Positions 33,465 to 48,400 of a stretch of DNA of 64,000 nucleotides are shown in pieces (positions within the stretch are counted from its first letter, which is position 1; every line of letters starts with the position of its first letter). The position numbers and the translations under genes are program-made. This stretch comes from Phoronis australis (taxonomy: Eukaryota > Animalia > Phoronida): the NCBI GenBank assembly GCA_002633005.1, contig NMRA01000124.1:235493-299492 (forward strand). The letters are read 5' to 3'. The notes beneath the pieces were generated by a model. The model did not search any database. It was not told the origin of the DNA and worked only from the letters and a program-made list of their open reading frames with translations.

Positions 33465-36400
33465 TGAGTTACAGTGTAATATGCACGAAAAGTATCACAT
33501 CTTCGCAAAAATAATTCTTGAGGTTTCCAGCCGATTTCAATGGAAATTGTTAGGAAATGATAGCTTTTGATTTTTCTGATCTTTTAATCTGTTCCACGGA
33601 ATTCCTGAAAATCTCACCGACGACATAGACTGACTGTTTCAGTCAAATAGTGGTATTCGAATGGGAAAATGCTAATGATTTTAAGTATAGCTTAAGTCAG
33701 ATTTGAAATCAAAGTTGCATTTATTCATTTTTATCAGAACTGGAAATCGGAAGTGGTGCTCATCAATTTCTAATGCTGCAATGTGAATATGGAGTTCTTG
33801 CACCGCGCTTGGCGGTTCGAACTCGGACTCTGGTGAAATTTTATGATCAATGCTTGTAACAACTAAAGGCGCACGACATAACACTCTGACATGTGTATTC
33901 TCAGCATTTGCTCTGCATAGAAAACGTCATTTTCAGAGGATTGTGGACCTGGTTATGTAATATCTCCTTGGGTGAGTAGGCGCCATTTTTTGAGATTAGT
34001 GCACTCTCTTTCGACACCAAACAAAAACTGATGGTAATCATAGAAATCAAGGTATATCTCGGTTACGATAACGGGGCTAAATGACGACACCGGGCGTGGG
34101 GTATCATTTCCTATTTAGAAGTGGGGCGATGTCCCAAACAGGTTGGGGGGGGGGTAAAAAATTTGAAACCTGTCATGTTCCAGCAGTCACCATCCATATC
34201 AACAAAAACCAAGAAACGAATTTGACAAACAAATTCTGTAAAAGACTTTTTCATAGTATATGGACCGTCCTACTCTTCAGTCAGAATTGCAGTTTTCTTT
34301 GCAGGAAGAGTATAACCATGTATACCTGGTGAACACGTTTTCAGTGTTGCACAAAAAAGTTATGCAACTATCAAACTTGTTGGCACACAGCCCTTATTTT
34401 TGTACCACTGCCTCTCTCCTTTCATACCTTTTCATCATTGACTAAGATAAACTTGCATTGCTGCATCTTGTAGAAGAAAAGGCATCCCGACACTGAGGAC
34501 AGACGTCGTTTGAGAGAACGAAACAAACGAGCAGCACAGAAGAGTCGCTCACAAAAGCGACAGAAAGAGAGTCGCTTAAAAGAGGTAGGTTAGGTAAAAA
34601 AAGACATAATTAGTTCTGGCTTGTTTTTTCACGTTAGTGGTGCGGTACTTTTTATGCTCACTCATCGCTTGGAAAATCATGACGTGTCAAACCTTGCTCA
34701 CGTTTGCTTTGCGTGCCTTTGCGCAGCTTTTCGAAGAAACACAAAAGCGACATTCGGTGAAACTCATGCAGACGGGCGTTTTTAGTCGAGTAGCCTAGTT
34801 TGGATACAAGCCAGAACCGGTTAGAGCTGTCTCGCGGCGAGAAATCTGGCCAAAATCACGCGCTCTCATTGAAAATACATGGCACTCAAAGTCTCGCTTT
34901 TTAACGAAGTCCCAGCGAGGTAATGGCATCACTGAACTCTACCCTGACTTTGCTTTTTGGGCCTTATAAATAGGATAACAAATGAAAGATACGTCAAGCA
35001 AACAACCCTTTCGATACCATTACATCTTTGGATACTAAACCTTGTTTTGATGAGTTCAACCAATCCTTGTCCTGTCACTTGCTGCGGGTATAATTAGCGA
35101 CAATCTTGAAAGATAAAAGCAAGGAGTCAGTGGAGTGTAATACTGTAGTAAACTCAACTCCTTGATAAAAGCAGGAATCAACTAAAAAGTCATACCCCTT
35201 ATTTCACATTATGGTCCTTGGTGGGTGGTATTTTCCTATAGTTGTTGTGTAATTCGCTAAAAGCTAAAAACGTAGGTCACGCTTGTCCGTTAAGCAGACT
35301 TTGAAATGAGTTTTCAGATTTTCTTCCAAACTTTTGAGAGTTACAGAGCATTATTTCTTTTCAGAGAACTGGACGGGGAAGTCTTTTTTAGTATCTGTTA
35401 ATAGGCAAATATCGGGTGTGGTATCCTTTTAAATCTCTCAACTCCAAAAAGCATTCAGCTGTTGTTGGTAAATTTAGATGTGTAAATCAATTACTAAAAA
35501 TTGAAAGTGAAAGATGTCGTATTGTTCAGATGGGTGGTACTGCCCGGCTGGATTCAGTGATGTGTTCACGAGATTATTGGACGCTGCAGCTCACGTGGTT
35601 TTCTTTTCTCGATTCATCTGTGTGACTGAGTTGGCCAGTGGCTGTCTGCGTGAGTTAACGTTGCTCCTGTTGACGATAAAAAATTACAGCAAAATATCGG
35701 CTCACAGTCTGATTATATCAGTGAGCACAGTTCGCTGCATAGAGAAAACCTTCCCGAGACTCGAGCTATTAACTAGCTCTGAATATCTACGGAATCTGTT
35801 GGTGAGCGTCGCTCTAATGCTATTTATTTGTTAAGGCATTGAAAATTTTCACCCGTAGGCCCTGTTCGCGGAATTTACATAGATAGTAACAATGATGTCG
35901 CGTTATCACGGCGTTGCGCTGCTATTGTTGAACAATGCACTTGACGTCATGTAACACTAATCAAACTGGCTGATAGCGGACACAATCTAGCGGATAATAT
36001 TTTATAGTTTGATGTAACCCAGCCCAGTTCCACTTTTTATCCAATTGTTTCAATCGGGGCGTTGTAACTCAAAAGGCCAAGGCTGCCGAGCGCACACGGG
36101 ATATGATTTTGGTCGGGATGTTACTGTATTATTACTATTATTACACTCTTTCACAGTGCTACGAGAGATAACACTGTGGCCATATTTAACATGGCTTCTC
36201 ATTGGTATTAAAGTAATGAAACCGACATCATAACACTCAGTCATTCCCATTGCTTGAGTGAAATCTGGGAAATCACTTTCAGTTTATTGTTACGTAATAG
36301 GAGACCACCTTTGACTTGAATAGTTGCAATTCATTAAAACGACAGTGATCGAAGAAAACAAAATTAAAATCAAGGAAACCCCGACCCAGTGGCTTAAGCC

Positions 36401-39400
36401 CAAACAAGTACAGTGCATAAAGGCGTGCGCAAGTGGTGGCGATGTGATCGGTATACTTCCGACCAAGGCATGCGCACTGTGTGTCGTTCTTCCACAGGGC
36501 CACTTTTCAATATAGGTGGCACTGTATCAGAGGTAGGATATTATTTGTCGTGACCGAAGCGCCCCGCAGCGACTTCTCGTAAAGTTATGAAAATAATAGA
36601 CTGTCGGTACCTGGGATCTACAACAGCAAAATGCCCAAATTTGGCTGACTTCGGAGCATCATAACTCAGAAACAACAGATTGCATTTACATGATACTTTC
36701 ACTTACAATGCTTTATTTATCGTTCTCCAAAACTCGTTAAGTTGTTTCAGTTTTGTTTCACTTTTGCACGAGGGTCTATGAAATAGGACGATTTTCATGA
36801 AAAAACTTCAAAGTTGCTTAAAACGAAAACAAAATCACATTAATTTTAAAGAATTGTAACTGCATTTTTATGACATTTGTTTTCGTCAAATAAAATTCGA
36901 TTACTTTCTTGATAACATTGTTTTGATTTCAACGTACCATTCTTTTTTGGTAAATTTTACTAAAAAGATATGGTCACGTGACTCAACTAATGACAAGTTA
37001 GTAAAAAGACCACAGTCGATGTCTACAGGCTTTCTGCTTTCAGAAAATGTGTACTTTTACTGAGTTAAAATCTACCGACCTGCACACATTTGACTAAATA
37101 CGCAGACCTGTCAATGACGTCATAAATAACAGTCAGACATTTGGTCTTACGTTCTACACAACTATTACTAAAAAATAATTAAATCTCACCTGAGCAAACG
37201 TCCAAATGTTTCTGAGAACACATACGAAACTGTTAGTTACTGAGATGGTTTCTATGAATCGTTTCTAGACTGGATACTCTCATAATTACTTGAGTTGGAT
37301 AAACTCTTATTCTGCAATTGCGAAGACCAAATTTCTGTCTTAAGTCTTATTCACAACAGTGGAGCAACGTTTAACTGGAAATAACATTTAGTTTAATATA
37401 CTTGCAGGAAAACGAATCATTACAGACGGAAAATACGGGACTGAAGTATGAAATACGGCAGCTGGAAATGCTGCAAATACTGCTTGGAGACGCTTTACAA
37501 GAGCATTTGTCACAATGTGCATTAGTGCCTTAAAAACGGGTTTTCCTCAAATGGCGGACAGCAGCAGACGTCTGTGAGATGAGGACTACAATTCCAAGAA
37601 GCCGATTGTTTCGTTCTTATTTTTTGTACAGGGCTATAACTGGGCCGGTATAGCTTCTTGGAAACAATTTTGATTGAAATATATCTTTAATGAATGCGTT
37701 ATGAATATCCATTTCAATGTAATAAACGTTGTTAAAAGTGACCTAGCCTCTCAACACGCCATCTGTTGCGAACTTGGGACGATGATTTGTAACAACACAG
37801 TCATTAACACTTCTTATTGTCTGTGGTCGGAATGGAACGCATGGGCGTTATTTTTGGCTTAATAAACCGGGTTACTGTTTCTTTTATCTTACTTTAAAGC
37901 CCATTCTTTGAAAATGATTATTTTTGCCCCACGGATGTAGTGCTCAGTATCAGTGTACCTGCATGGGCGGCGTTGCACTGAAAAATGTTGGGGGCTAAAG
38001 CCCCTCAACCCCCTCTGATGCACCGCCTAATAATACGGAGTGGTGCTTGACAGCACGCATGACAAAAGCTGAAAATCATCAGATACAGAGATATGTGAAA
38101 AGTGACGGATGCAAAGTAGATATTTTAGTCCCGGCGTGGCCAGATGGTCAATAAAAAGTTAAATAGCCAAAAAAGGGTTTTACATTACTCAATATAATCA
38201 GAGGTCATAAATGTGCATAAAGGCGAGAAAAAATATCAATTACACAACACCACTACAAAAACTAAACTGAAAACAAAAACTCCCAATTCTACTACAGCTG
38301 CAGTTTTTTGAGGTTCTACAGAATGTCTTCGCATTGCCATCAGTAAATTCATTTCCTTGTGTTATTTAGTGTACTTCTGGGGTGGGGTATTTCGCGAAGT
38401 CAGTTATGACCAAGAGTACAATACAAAACAAAACAAAAGGGCAGTTGACAAAGTCGTTACAAAAATAGAGTCGTTAAAACTTTTTATCCTACAGGAGCGC
38501 TACACATGACATTGTTCAAAATGCCATTGAACGGGCAATCACGAAAGCAAACATGGCACAGTAGTGGAGAAGTGAGTTCGGATGAAAAGAAAAATGGAGG
38601 GAGAGCAATCGTCAGACGTTGACGGGCGAAAAAAAAGGGCAATGTTCGAATGCTTGGACAGATTCGCAACTTAGTTGAACTCCAAATCGCAAGCAATGTT
38701 GCACTGAGATCGTCGATTTGTACTCTGCCGAAGATGAAGCTGGTTTCTACGACGAAATTTGTGCATTCGAACTCTTGAGAAGACTCTTGGGAGCAGGTGA
38801 AATTCAAGCCGAATGTCAAGAATTGGATTTCGCTTGAACGAATTTAACTTCATTTGCGAATGGGTGTTTCAAGAGTCGCTCTCAAACTTAGTGATAGTTA
38901 AAATTGTTTCTGAAAATTTATTTGTCTGTGTCCTCCAGTGAAAGGTTTTCTAGCTGAAGCTCACGAAATCGTATTTGTGATATACAATGACCCAAGACGG
39001 TTATCAGTTAAAAGCAAGCTGGCCCGAGACATAGAGTTAGACGCTGTCATTGACAAATTTGCATTTGAGAAAACCAGGAAATCGCCATTTGAGTCATGAA
39101 AAGCACGCTTGGCCTCATGAAATCTTGAGTCATGGCGTGCAATTTGGCGAAAGTTTTCTGCATAAAGGTCCATCTTGAGGTAAGCCATGTGGGCTACATT
39201 ATTGATGCACCCTAGCCTACGTTGGTCACATCCAAATAAACGAGCGGGAGTTTATTTGGATGTGACTTTTGCTCCCTAAACCGATTTTTCCGAATATGCG
39301 CCCTGGACCTTTAGGCCGAGAACTCTCGTAATCAGTAACGTTGTTTTTGTATTTCTGTTCATGTACATGTCTTGTACGTTCCTGGAGTCTGTACTTCCCA

Positions 39401-41487
39401 AGACTTACTTGTGTGCGCAATTCTGTTGTTACGGGTCCACTGCGCATTTAGAGCCCTGTACATGTGTAGGCCTATGCAGTATTTAGAGCCCTGTACATGT
39501 GTATGCAGTATTTCCAGTTTAAACCGCAACAAATTCTGATTTTTGAATTTCACGCCATACGACTTTACAAATTCCTATACCAAGATGGGACTGAGTGGGC
39601 GTGTAAGGGGTGACACCAAGAATCTTCGCCCACTCTAGGTACGACGCCACTGGCCACACAGCCATTACTTGATAAAATAAAGCAAAAAATAATCAATAAA
39701 GTTGTCTTTGATAAGTATGGTAAAGAAAGCCTGTGGTTACTGGGTGGGTACATACTTTCATGAAACTGCAAATCAGACCAATTGAGCACTTTTTACTCAA
39801 TGGATGCGATGTGTGCAGAGCCCCGGTATTTTACTTTACTTTAAAACTGCAATTCATCCTGTTTAGATAATTGTTTATAAAACAAAATCGAGTTACACAT
39901 TTTCTCTCAAAAATCGGTCTCATAACATCATTTACTACTGTGGGATTCCAGTTACGTTACCAACTCAAATCACTGGCAATGTGTACATGCACCTTCTTGG
40001 AATTAGCAAATTCACGGTTGGCCAGTTACAATGAACACTTGACGCGTTAGAGTCATCGATGGTTTCAATGTTCTTGTTGGTAACGAACTGAATCCTATAA
40101 CAATAAGGAATATTATTCACGACTAGACAGATTTTACGCCTTGTGGCGATGGTTCACCCCCCCCCCCNCCCCCCCCCCCCCCCCCCCCGTTGTCGTAACT
40201 CTTACCAGCGCGGACTTTGTATACTAGGTATTGTTAGTTTGTATACTAGCTACATGTATTGTCAGGTACATGTAAATTATCATTGTGCGTAATATTGTGA
40301 CCGGCTGAGCGTTGGCAGTTCTGCTTAGGAGTGCAACAAAGCAGACGTGTCCAGGACACACGTGTTTTTATCGCTTAATTTTGTCCGAAATTACGGAACA
40401 ACGGAACTCACCGTTACAAGAGTAAAAAACGGATTCGACTTTCGTCTTTAAGCCAGCTAAACAGGGCGAAGTACAGCTTTAATTGACACCAGGATCGCTG
40501 TTAAATTCAAAGTTCCGAACAAGTTATTGAAGATAAGATACCACAATTAAGAGAGCATTTCACAAGTACGGGTACTGAAGTGAATTATCGAGTATAGCAT
40601 TTTGAATATATTCGGAGATCCAAGCATCTGTAGACCCCAGGGGAATTTGGGAGATTCAGTCGAGCCCCACGAGAAGACTTCGAAACAAGAAGTCAAACAG
40701 ATGCAAGGAAACTGTTGGCCGTTACGTCAGTGAAATGTTTGCACACTAAAAGCTGGGGTGAAGTGGGGAGTATGGCTGGAGAATTTCGGTCACAACGACA
40801 GTGTTGACCGGGAGTAGTAAGATAATGGGATTATGCGGGAGGTCAGCTACAGGTGAACAAATCCCATCTTCTGATTTGCATGATGTCTGTTGTCATTCAC
40901 CGGATGACCACTTCCGGTCTCATTTTGGGGACTCACAATGCCAATAGACACGTAACCCGTCTGTAAATAAGTACTTTTAAATGTCAATTGTATTTTTGGC
41001 TACGTATGTAACAAGCAAGCCGCTACACCTGCAGGCGGCGCAGCAATGCATGTCTTGACTAGAACGTAATTTTCTGAATATCCGGATGTAGTACTGAATT
41101 TATCAGTATGCGACTACATAATTTTCTTATTGTGCAACACATTCAAAATTGATAGTTCTGTGAATACACGCCCCTAGTTTATTTCCTAGTAGTGCTTTCA
41201 CCATACTAAGCACTATGGTGAGGACAGATCACGGTCGTTTCGTCGTCTGTAGATGCCAATGCACCCAATCCCCGCTCTGTTTTATACAATATGCCAGTGA
41301 ACCCAAAAAGGCCGTCCCGTATTACACAGCGACACTCAAATCTCGCTATCTATTTACCCACAATGCCGTAAACATACGCCAGACATATTAGCTACCTCGT
41401 TTTCGTGCCGCTGGAGTTTCACACGTTATTTGTTGTTGTCTGATTTTTAACAAGTTTTTCTCGGTTCCATTACTATTCGTCTTTCCA

Positions 41488-41620
41488 ATGACAAGGAAGT
41501 ATTACTGCTATACTGTGGGCTGCAACTCCAACGTGAGAAAGTTGATAAACTGGACAAATACCAATGGATACGTGATGTGAAATTCTTCGCCTCCCCGACA
41601 TCAATGAGAGACACGAAAAT
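41488..41620 (+). pseudogene. Frameshifted THAP-like zinc-finger N-terminus, probable transposon remnant
   Basis: MTRKYYCYTVGCNSN, then after a frameshift DKYQWIRDVKFFASP, resembling C-x-GC...FF-FP of THAP. Confidence 0.45.
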
Positions 41621-42365
41621 GTATCTGATTTCCAAAACGAGGTCACGCGCTTTCTTATGTCCAAGTTCTATCGCCGTGTAATCCGGGATGGCCCTATTCG
41701 TTAACGTGTTGTTCAGTGCACAGAAGAAATGCCAGGATTTGTTCGTGTATCCCTCTCGGCAATTTCCGAAACTAATGCCCATGTCTCATGTATGAATTGG
41801 GTAGTTTTGGTCTACATTAAAGAACAATTACAAATTGCCCACACAACAAGTTCCACTTTCCTATCAAGTAATTCGCCCTTTTCCGGGTACTATGTGCTTT
41901 CCGTGTAAGTTCTGGCAATGGGAAAATTTCTTCTTGAAATTGTGCGCTTTAAAAGGCCAAATAACCTTGATCAATCCTACAAAGCAAAATTGAATACATA
42001 CAAACAAAATACCCACAATTCCAATGGTTGGCTAGTGTTCATAGAAGAAAATTTATGCATATCCTATTTATATTTCTTTCTTCACGTTGTCATTACAAGG
42101 TTAAACTTCAATGTTTCCAATTTCACCACCACACCTCAATGGGAATTCCCATTGAAAATAAGCCCATATCCCTAGTATCTCTATAAGGAAAACATCCCTG
42201 AGGAAATATTCCGTGTGTAACCCTTGTTCCGAGGGTCAGACCGACTTAATTTCATAAAACTTGGTTGACTTCGATCTTCCTGATATCGTCTCCAAAACCC
42301 GTTGTTCAAACACTGCCTCATCAAAAATATTCAACCGATGTCATTAGTAAACCAACCAGATTGTT

Positions 42366-42411
42366 CTATGAAGGCGCATCGGAAGTCTTCCAAACTTCGA
42401 AGATCACATAT
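42366..42411 (-). CDS. SMS: SMS terminal coding exon
   Basis: cag|[15 protein letters not shown]. Confidence 0.88.
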
Positions 42412-45400
42412 CTGTGTTGAACATTAAGGCGAATAGAAATACATAGTAATGGATGAACAGTTAAAACCATCGCATGAAGTGGCGGTGGTGAAGTGCTAGA
42501 ATACTGTCGGTTGGGAATGACAGGTCTTGGATTACGATAATGTAAACAAAATTTTGGTTTATACTCATTCCTAGCTAGTTTACTAATCCATATAAAGTTG
42601 TCACGAACCAGCTCTCTGTCAAAAACTAACTTTTTAATTTAGATCATCTACCGCGGTAAAAATTTAGCACAACTTGTTCCTTACCTCTATCCGAAGCGGA
42701 TATCGTGGATCAGAAGGAAGTGTCAGTTCGTAGCAGCGCGAGACCTGAGACCAGTTTCANTAGTAATGGATGAACAGTTAAAACCATCGCATGAAGTGGC
42801 GGTGGTGAAGTGCTGGAATACTGTCGGTTGGGAATGACAGGTCTTGGATTACGATAATGTAAACAAAATTTTGGTTCATACTCATTCCTAGCTAGTTTAC
42901 TAATCCATATAAAGTTGTCACGAACCAGCTCTCTGTCAAAAACTAACTTTTTAATTTAGATCATCTACCGCGGTAAAAATTTAGCACAACTTGTTCCTTA
43001 CCTCTATCCGAAGCGGATATCGTGGATCAGAAGGAAGTGTCAGTTCGTAGCAGCGCGAGACCTGAGACCAGTTTCATGAACAGCGACTACATTAAGACTA
43101 AGTAAGAAATTTGGGGTCCATTTCATGAAAGTGACTTAAGATTTGAGACAAAAAATTCGTCTTACCTACCACTTTACAATTGCTAAATAAATGTCTAGCC
43201 ATGTAGTTATGAGCGAGTCGCAGTCTAGAAGTAATTTACAGAAATAATCTCAGTAACTAGCAGTTATGTGTAAATGCTCAAGACAGACTTAATTATTTTC
43301 GGAAATAGATGTGTTGAGCGCAAGACCAAACTTCTGTCTTGAGTCACTTTTCTTGAAATGGACCCGGCGCGTCAGGGCATAAATCAAGGAATAACGAACT
43401 GTCAGTACTCTGGAGCCTAGAAATCCCTTCTAATCTGAGTGACAGGAAGAAAACGAAACCAAGTTGATAACGGTAAGTGAACTAAATCAAAACTTAATCT
43501 TTCTAACAGAGGACTGCTTCATTGGACATCTCAGATAATGAATGTTCTAGATTATCAAAACGATAACCATAGCAACAGTGGATGTAGATAACGGATATTA
43601 TAGTGGTGAGCGATGAGCGTCTTACTGATGACAGTGATGACAGCCGGCGATAATGACGCAAACCTGGCCTTCTAACGGACAGATGTATATGAAAGGTGAC
43701 ATTGGTGCTGGTGATGACGAAGACATCAATTGTTTATAAACATCATGACATAGACAACAACAATGACTTTGATGATGGTGGATGACGTCGATGGATAATT
43801 ACAATGAGGATGATGATTATGATAGTTATAATTACGATGATGATCATTACAATGGTGATGATAATTTATCACCCAAAGACTTAAAACAAACTCTTTAGTG
43901 AAACACATTTGTTACAGTACAGTGATAAGCATGATGTTGATGTTGGCGACAAATAGGATTGTGAGGCTGTTCGCCATATTACGGCAACGACGACGACTGC
44001 GTTTAACTTACAAAGACGGCACACATGCACAACGTAACTTCTGGCTACTGCAAATGTCATTAGGTAACACACAAAACACTAGTCAAAGGATACAATTCCG
44101 CAAAAGATGGCACAAAAACATCGTATCTTTTGTAAGAACTACCGAATCGTTGGATGTCACCTTCAAGTCGATGCACAAGTTGAGGGTTGGTGAATTCGCC
44201 TCCCTAAAATATGTGAAGGGAATACATAGCGGTAACGGCCGGTACATGATCATTATGATATCACAAGTACAATATAATACAACACTTTCAATTAGAATGA
44301 ACTTTAAAACCACAACAACAATAACCAAAAACTAATGTCAAAGACGAAAAGGCGTTCAAGCGATGATGTGCAGAATTGTCTCACTCACACTTGTTATCCT
44401 AAATTGTTGTGAATATGATTCTGATGATGTCTAATGAAAGGACGAAACATTGAAATGAATTGAACATGAACTTTTTTATATGTGCGGCGATCGTCCGGTT
44501 TTTAATCTTATTGTGGCCAAAAACTGATTTACTTAATCAGTTTAGTACATGAAATCCTGGTGAACCAGGCTTGACCATGTACAGGTTTTCTAACCGCGCC
44601 TCCGGTCCATCGCGCATTAGATCTAATAATAAGGCTCTATAAAACCAGTGTTTGTGCGTCACGTTTCGTGAATCGCGTGTTAGCTATTGAAAGGAAAATA
44701 AATTGACAAGGACGAGGGAAGTATGTATTTAGTGATAAATAATGTTAAATAAATAAACAAATAAATGTTTGTCATAAGTCAATGAAACTAAATCAACATG
44801 TACAATGAATGAGTAAATGAAACCGTTCTGATTTACCCATCATGCATTTCGCCCTGCTTAGCTGGTTAAAACAACATCGCATTCACCCTTTTACAATCAT
44901 AAAATCGGTTTCATAACATTCCTTGCAATGACGGGGCTCCGTTTCTGTTACTATTTCAAATCACAGGAAATTGTGGTTTTGAGGTGAAAAGTGTCAAATT
45001 TCGCATTTTTCGACACTTAATCCTGAGTTTGGCTTCCTCTTCGATGGTAATGAAAAGACCCACAAGGTGAGACATAAGTTTCTGTGGTCATGTTAAGCGT
45101 CTTTTATCCGAAACGACTCACAACTTTACATTTTGTTCACAGAGTAGGAAAAAAGGTCGCAAGTGTAGTGACGAGTGCACTGTCAGGCAAAACCCAGTGT
45201 GAACTGTACAATACCTCATCGACCAACCTCAGCAAACTCTGAGGACTCCTTTGGTAACAGATATGGAACGCTATCAAGGTAAGGAAGATTACGACACCTT
45301 TACGATAGCAAAACGCCGAATGCGTTTCAACCAGCTAACCTGGGTGAAATGCAGCTTCTACTAAATGCATTTGACACTCGAAAGTATGCGACTCTCCGAT

Positions 45401-48400
45401 GCACAGCAACAAAAAACCTTGCAGAACCCACATGGGTAGCGTCAATCATTTGCACACTGTCAGTTCAACTTACCCGCATTAACAATTTTCCACTAGGTTT
45501 CAAAACTTTCATGGACAGCTCTGCAATGATGGACGTCGTCTCGAAATCGTAGTCAAAGTCTGGAATTAGAGCACCATAAATCGTTCACTGATTAACTTGG
45601 ATGATATTCATTTTATATCATAAGACTGAGTCTGCAGTCCATTCTGACGGCGATAAGTGGGAAAAGGAAATATTTTAAACTATCTACTTACCCACCCAAG
45701 AGGAGGGTGAAGGGAAACGAAAGATATTTGAAGGAAGGTCCAATTTTCGTTTTTAAACATTCAAAAATGGTGGTAGCGATACATCAATCTGGTACTGGAT
45801 ACTTACCGTAATTTTCCAAATTTACTGGAAACTCAGTTAAATCGTTGACCACATAGTCAAAGTGTTTGCCGTTCTGCAAGGCTTCTTTCAAAACATCTAC
45901 GCAGTCGGCTATGCGGATCTATGAAAACACACCAACCAGTTATTCCACGTGACTGACCGCACACAAATTAAGTTGGCAATTGATTTTTTAAGCAATTGGT
46001 CAGGAAGGAACACATTTTTAAGGCTTATTACCACGAAGTGTTAAGTGGTTTATATATTTACAGTAGTACCGATCTAAAACAACGTTTTTCAAAATATATT
46101 TTACAAAAATAGTGTTTTCTTCGTATAAGACTTGTCTGTACTAAACGTTTGATAGAATTAGTGAGATTTTACCTGGTAATTATCTCCCTCGTACTTGTCC
46201 ATTGCGTCACCGCATACTCCCCTCATGTGAGAACGGCATCCTTGTATTACCACATCGTCAATCTTAGAACAATAGTTAAAGCAGCTATAACCGATTTCTG
46301 GTGTTACAATCATCACATTTCTTCACAGGCGTATTTGCTCTTCCAAAGCACTGTCACGACTCTCACGACATCTTTTGTTTCAATAGAAATTAAGTCAATT
46401 AATTCGTCTGGAATATTACCAATTGTCTTGGCGAGTGAACCTATCCCGCTGTGACGAGCACCTTAATAGGACTGGCCCGAAGCAACGGTGATCAGTTAAG
46501 TTTTCTCCAAGGCTAGGAATTATTTCATGTATGACATGAAACCGAAGCTGTTTTTTGACAGAAGGCGCGGATTTATTGTTCCTCAATAGGCTCATAAACG
46601 TTGCTATCAAGGTGAAGACACGTCCTGGTCTATATTTAGTTTTCCACTACAAGACTTTTCGTCAAGCCAGCGCGCTGAGCTTTGCAACGCACGCGTATGA
46701 CAATTTTGTGACGTCTGTCTACGAATCGAATTAATTCTAGAAAATTCTGATATTAGGCTAGGTATAAGGGATCACACTCGGGAGAAGTTCCTTAGCTTAT
46801 GTTTGTGGGTTTACCCCTAACACTCGGAAAGCGGAAAGGGCAAACGTATACAAACGGAAAATACTAAGAAACTGCATCATTACCTAATTACGTGTACCTT
46901 AGTGGGCAATAACGAAAGCCATACTACACTGCCACTGAAACGAGTTTTAAAGCCCATTAGGCACATATGTTTAGTATATATGAGAGGGTCAGTTTTCAGA
47001 AAATTCCGCTTGGCAGGCAACGCCACCAAACTCATTCTTAGAATGTCCGAGTACATATGGAATTAGATAACGACGGGTGGAAACGATCAACTTGAGCCCA
47101 AAATACCCGGAAGAAATTCTGCAACGTCCACGAGGTTTTGTCGCAAATGCAAAAACTCCCACAAACCTCAAATTATCACAATTTTTTGTTGCGACGACGC
47201 GAGTTTCAATCGTGGGGTTGCGTAAACTGTCGTAAGCATCGAATTCTTTCCCCGGCTAGCGAACCACGAGACTGAAGCCCTCGCTACAGAGTGTTTATTT
47301 CCAAAAAAACGCCAGTTTGGTTTCTACGAATTGTCGCAACTTGAGGTTGTGAAAGTTTGTGGAACTCCACAAACCACCAATTGTAGCAACAAAACATTAA
47401 AACAGTATCAAGGATGTGCAAAATTTGTCGCAATTTGAGGATTGGGACAACTTGTGGTTTGATAATGACCTGTCAAACAACAGAAGGCAGTTCTTAGCAA
47501 GATCTCGAAAGGAAGAAAAAGGAAGAAAAAACGACTGGGAACTAACTAAGCACTATCTATTCTGATAGAGAACTCAGTGCAAGGTGTCGGGGGGGGCAGG
47601 GGGCCCGCTTCCCCCCCCTCCCTTCCTTGGCTGCCGCAAAAAATAAAACAGCAAGAGCGTAGAGAAATGTTGAGGTTATTAATTAACCCCAGTAATTAAA
47701 ATTATACGGCTGAAAAAAAGATTTAAATGTGTGCAGTTTTAGTGTTTGGGGGGGGGGGGGGNAATTTCAAGTGTCAAATTCGGAACACGGCGCAATCTAA
47801 CTATGGCTAAGTATAGGCTCTCCCGCGATATCCCAGGCGACCGGCAGTGGCGTTGGGCACTACGACTCGTTTCCGTCGTCTGCTCCACAGAGCAATGAAG
47901 AAAATTACTTCATTTTTTAAAGAAAATGGAATCTGAGTGATGATGAAAAACAGAAGCTGCTGGTAAAATGTCAATTTTAATCGAAGCCTTAGTGAATCAG
48001 TCAGAAACTCATAATTCTCTCTTTGTCAAACCTTAACTTAAGACGATTCCCAAAGCCATCGCGTCATTATTGCCAAGACAAAAAACGGATTTGGTCTTTT
48101 GGGCAATTGAAGACTATTTTAAATACAACAAATTTGTTATGAATTGATTACACAAAATATAAAACATGTAATAAGCATTACAAAAAGAAGATTTCGCGCG
48201 CCAATGCTATGGACCATAAACAAGTAGGTCTTTTAATATCAAGTTAGGAGTTCAATCGTGGTGGTGGGCCTTCTATCCGCTAGGTCGTGAGCTCGAGTCT
48301 CTGGTGCTTGCAGTTTTTTCCTGTTTGACACTTTTTCCGTGTTTTTTATTTTTTTATTTTGCCTTTTTTCTTAGATAATACTTCGGGAATCAAGGAAAAT

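Larger units (their letters stand above)
42412..44093 (-). other. U12-type (minor spliceosome) GT-AG intron in SMS
   Basis: 5' site GTATCCTTTG; branch-like GCCTTAAT 11 nt before the exon. Confidence 0.85.

Noticed and set aside
40146-40188. Long poly-C run (and poly-G near 47747-47761) as a G-quadruplex element
   Set aside because: Homopolymers at N gaps; lengths are unreliable and likely sequencing breakpoints
43473-43509. GTAAGT...CTAACAG mini-intron on + suggesting an antisense nested gene
   Set aside because: Only 37 nt long and the flanking frames stop quickly
43898-44335. 145-aa plus-strand ORF
   Set aside because: Antisense shadow of SMS exon 44094-44203 with no recognisable motif
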